Shown here: positions 63,388 to 64,000 of the stretch, piece by piece
How the letters are laid out: each line of letters begins with the position of its first letter
Position numbering within the stretch: the first letter of the stretch is position 1
Assembly: GCA_963749915.1 (NCBI GenBank)
Contig: CAVVOP010000021.1
Span: 576,001 to 640,000, forward strand
DNA: 64,000 nucleotides
DNA from: an uncultured cyanobacterium
GTDB taxonomy: Bacteria > Cyanobacteriota > Cyanobacteriia > Cyanobacteriales > Cyanobacteriaceae
Reading direction: 5' to 3'
The notes under the pieces: generated by a model
What the model saw: the letters and a program-made list of their open reading frames with translations, nothing else
Databases searched by the model: none
What the model was told of the DNA's origin: nothing
Program-made: the position numbers and the translations under genes

Positions 63388-63614
63388 TTAATTACCATAA
63401 CTCTTGATTTTGCCCAAATGACTATCTTTTTTCTGCGGTTATTTCTCAAAAAGCGGTACAAGAAATTGGAAATCTCGATGCCATGCGCTCTGGATTAGCT
63501 TCAACTTTAGAAGGTTCACCCACAGAACCCACAATCCAAAACTTTAAAGAAGTGTGTAAACCTGTGGGTATGAGGGTTAAACTAGCAGTTTTTTTTGTAA
63601 TTAGGAGAACGCAA

Positions 63615-64000
63615 ATGACGGTCAAAAAAAATCCCTATTTAGAACTTATAGAAATTCCCCCCGGATATGTTAACGTCATGGGTTATGTTGATCAATCGGA
63701 AGTAAATGGTCCTGGATGTCGTGCCGTAGTTTGGGTTCAGGGATGCTTGCGAGAATGTCCAGGTTGTTTTAATCCCGAATCCTGGTCATTTGAAATTAAA
63801 GAATTAATGGCAATAGATGCCTTAGTTGAGAAAATTACCAGTAATCCCCGTCATGAAGGTGTTACCTTTTCGGGAGGAGAACCTTTTTGGCAAGCTCCTG
63901 CTGGTGCTCAAGATTTATTGACTCAACTCGATATTTTGATTGATGGTGCCTATCTTCAATCTCAGGCGATTAATTCTCTTGATTCTCCTGTTTCCTCCCG
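63615..64000 (+). CDS. Radical SAM 4Fe-4S protein (NrdG-like activase), partial, with an apparent in-frame deletion
   Basis: NGPGCRAVVWVQGCLRECPGCFNP, TFSGGEP, then QAPAGAQDLL...LIDG; runs off the window end. Confidence 0.85.
   Translation, partial: MTVKKNPYLELIEIPPGYVNVMGYVDQSEVNGPGCRAVVWVQGCLRECPGCFNPESWSFEIKELMAIDALVEKITSNPRHEGVTFSGGEPFWQAPAGAQDLLTQLDILIDGAYLQSQAINSLDSPVSS

Noticed and set aside
63174..63600. Minus-strand 95-aa ORF and open frame upstream of the radical SAM gene
   Set aside because: Antisense shadow and an unassignable fragment

Overview
AT-rich cyanobacterial chromosome window with HIP1 GCGATCGC sites, heptamer STRR repeats, petC-petA and chlG; gene style suggests Cyanobacterium/Geminocystis-like Chroococcales (inference). 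1-11 kb: a heavily decayed type III-B CRISPR-Cas locus. cas10, the Cmr RAMP gene, a CARF-HEPN nuclease, the WYL regulator and cas1 are internally deleted or truncated; cas2 is frameshifted; one repeat plus leader remains; IS and MITE pieces, an IS4-split glycosyltransferase and an intact HigBA pair sit inside it. 11-54 kb: mostly housekeeping genes, plus a TSD-bounded composite element (MITE + group II intron 3' remnant + BrnTA + IS1634) at 19.2-22.5 kb, an unexplained ~370-nt highly structured intergenic RNA candidate at 35.1-35.5 kb, and a structured leader ahead of a 50-aa membrane ORF at 48.3-48.7 kb. 54.5-63.4 kb: a sulfide-response island, with sqr-arsR divergent from cydAB, DUF302, a second Rieske gene, a 129-aa rogue-type D1 derivative, rhodanese, an ACR3-like transporter and a methyltransferase. 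All family assignments are by motif recognition by eye; no database searches or folding computations were run.
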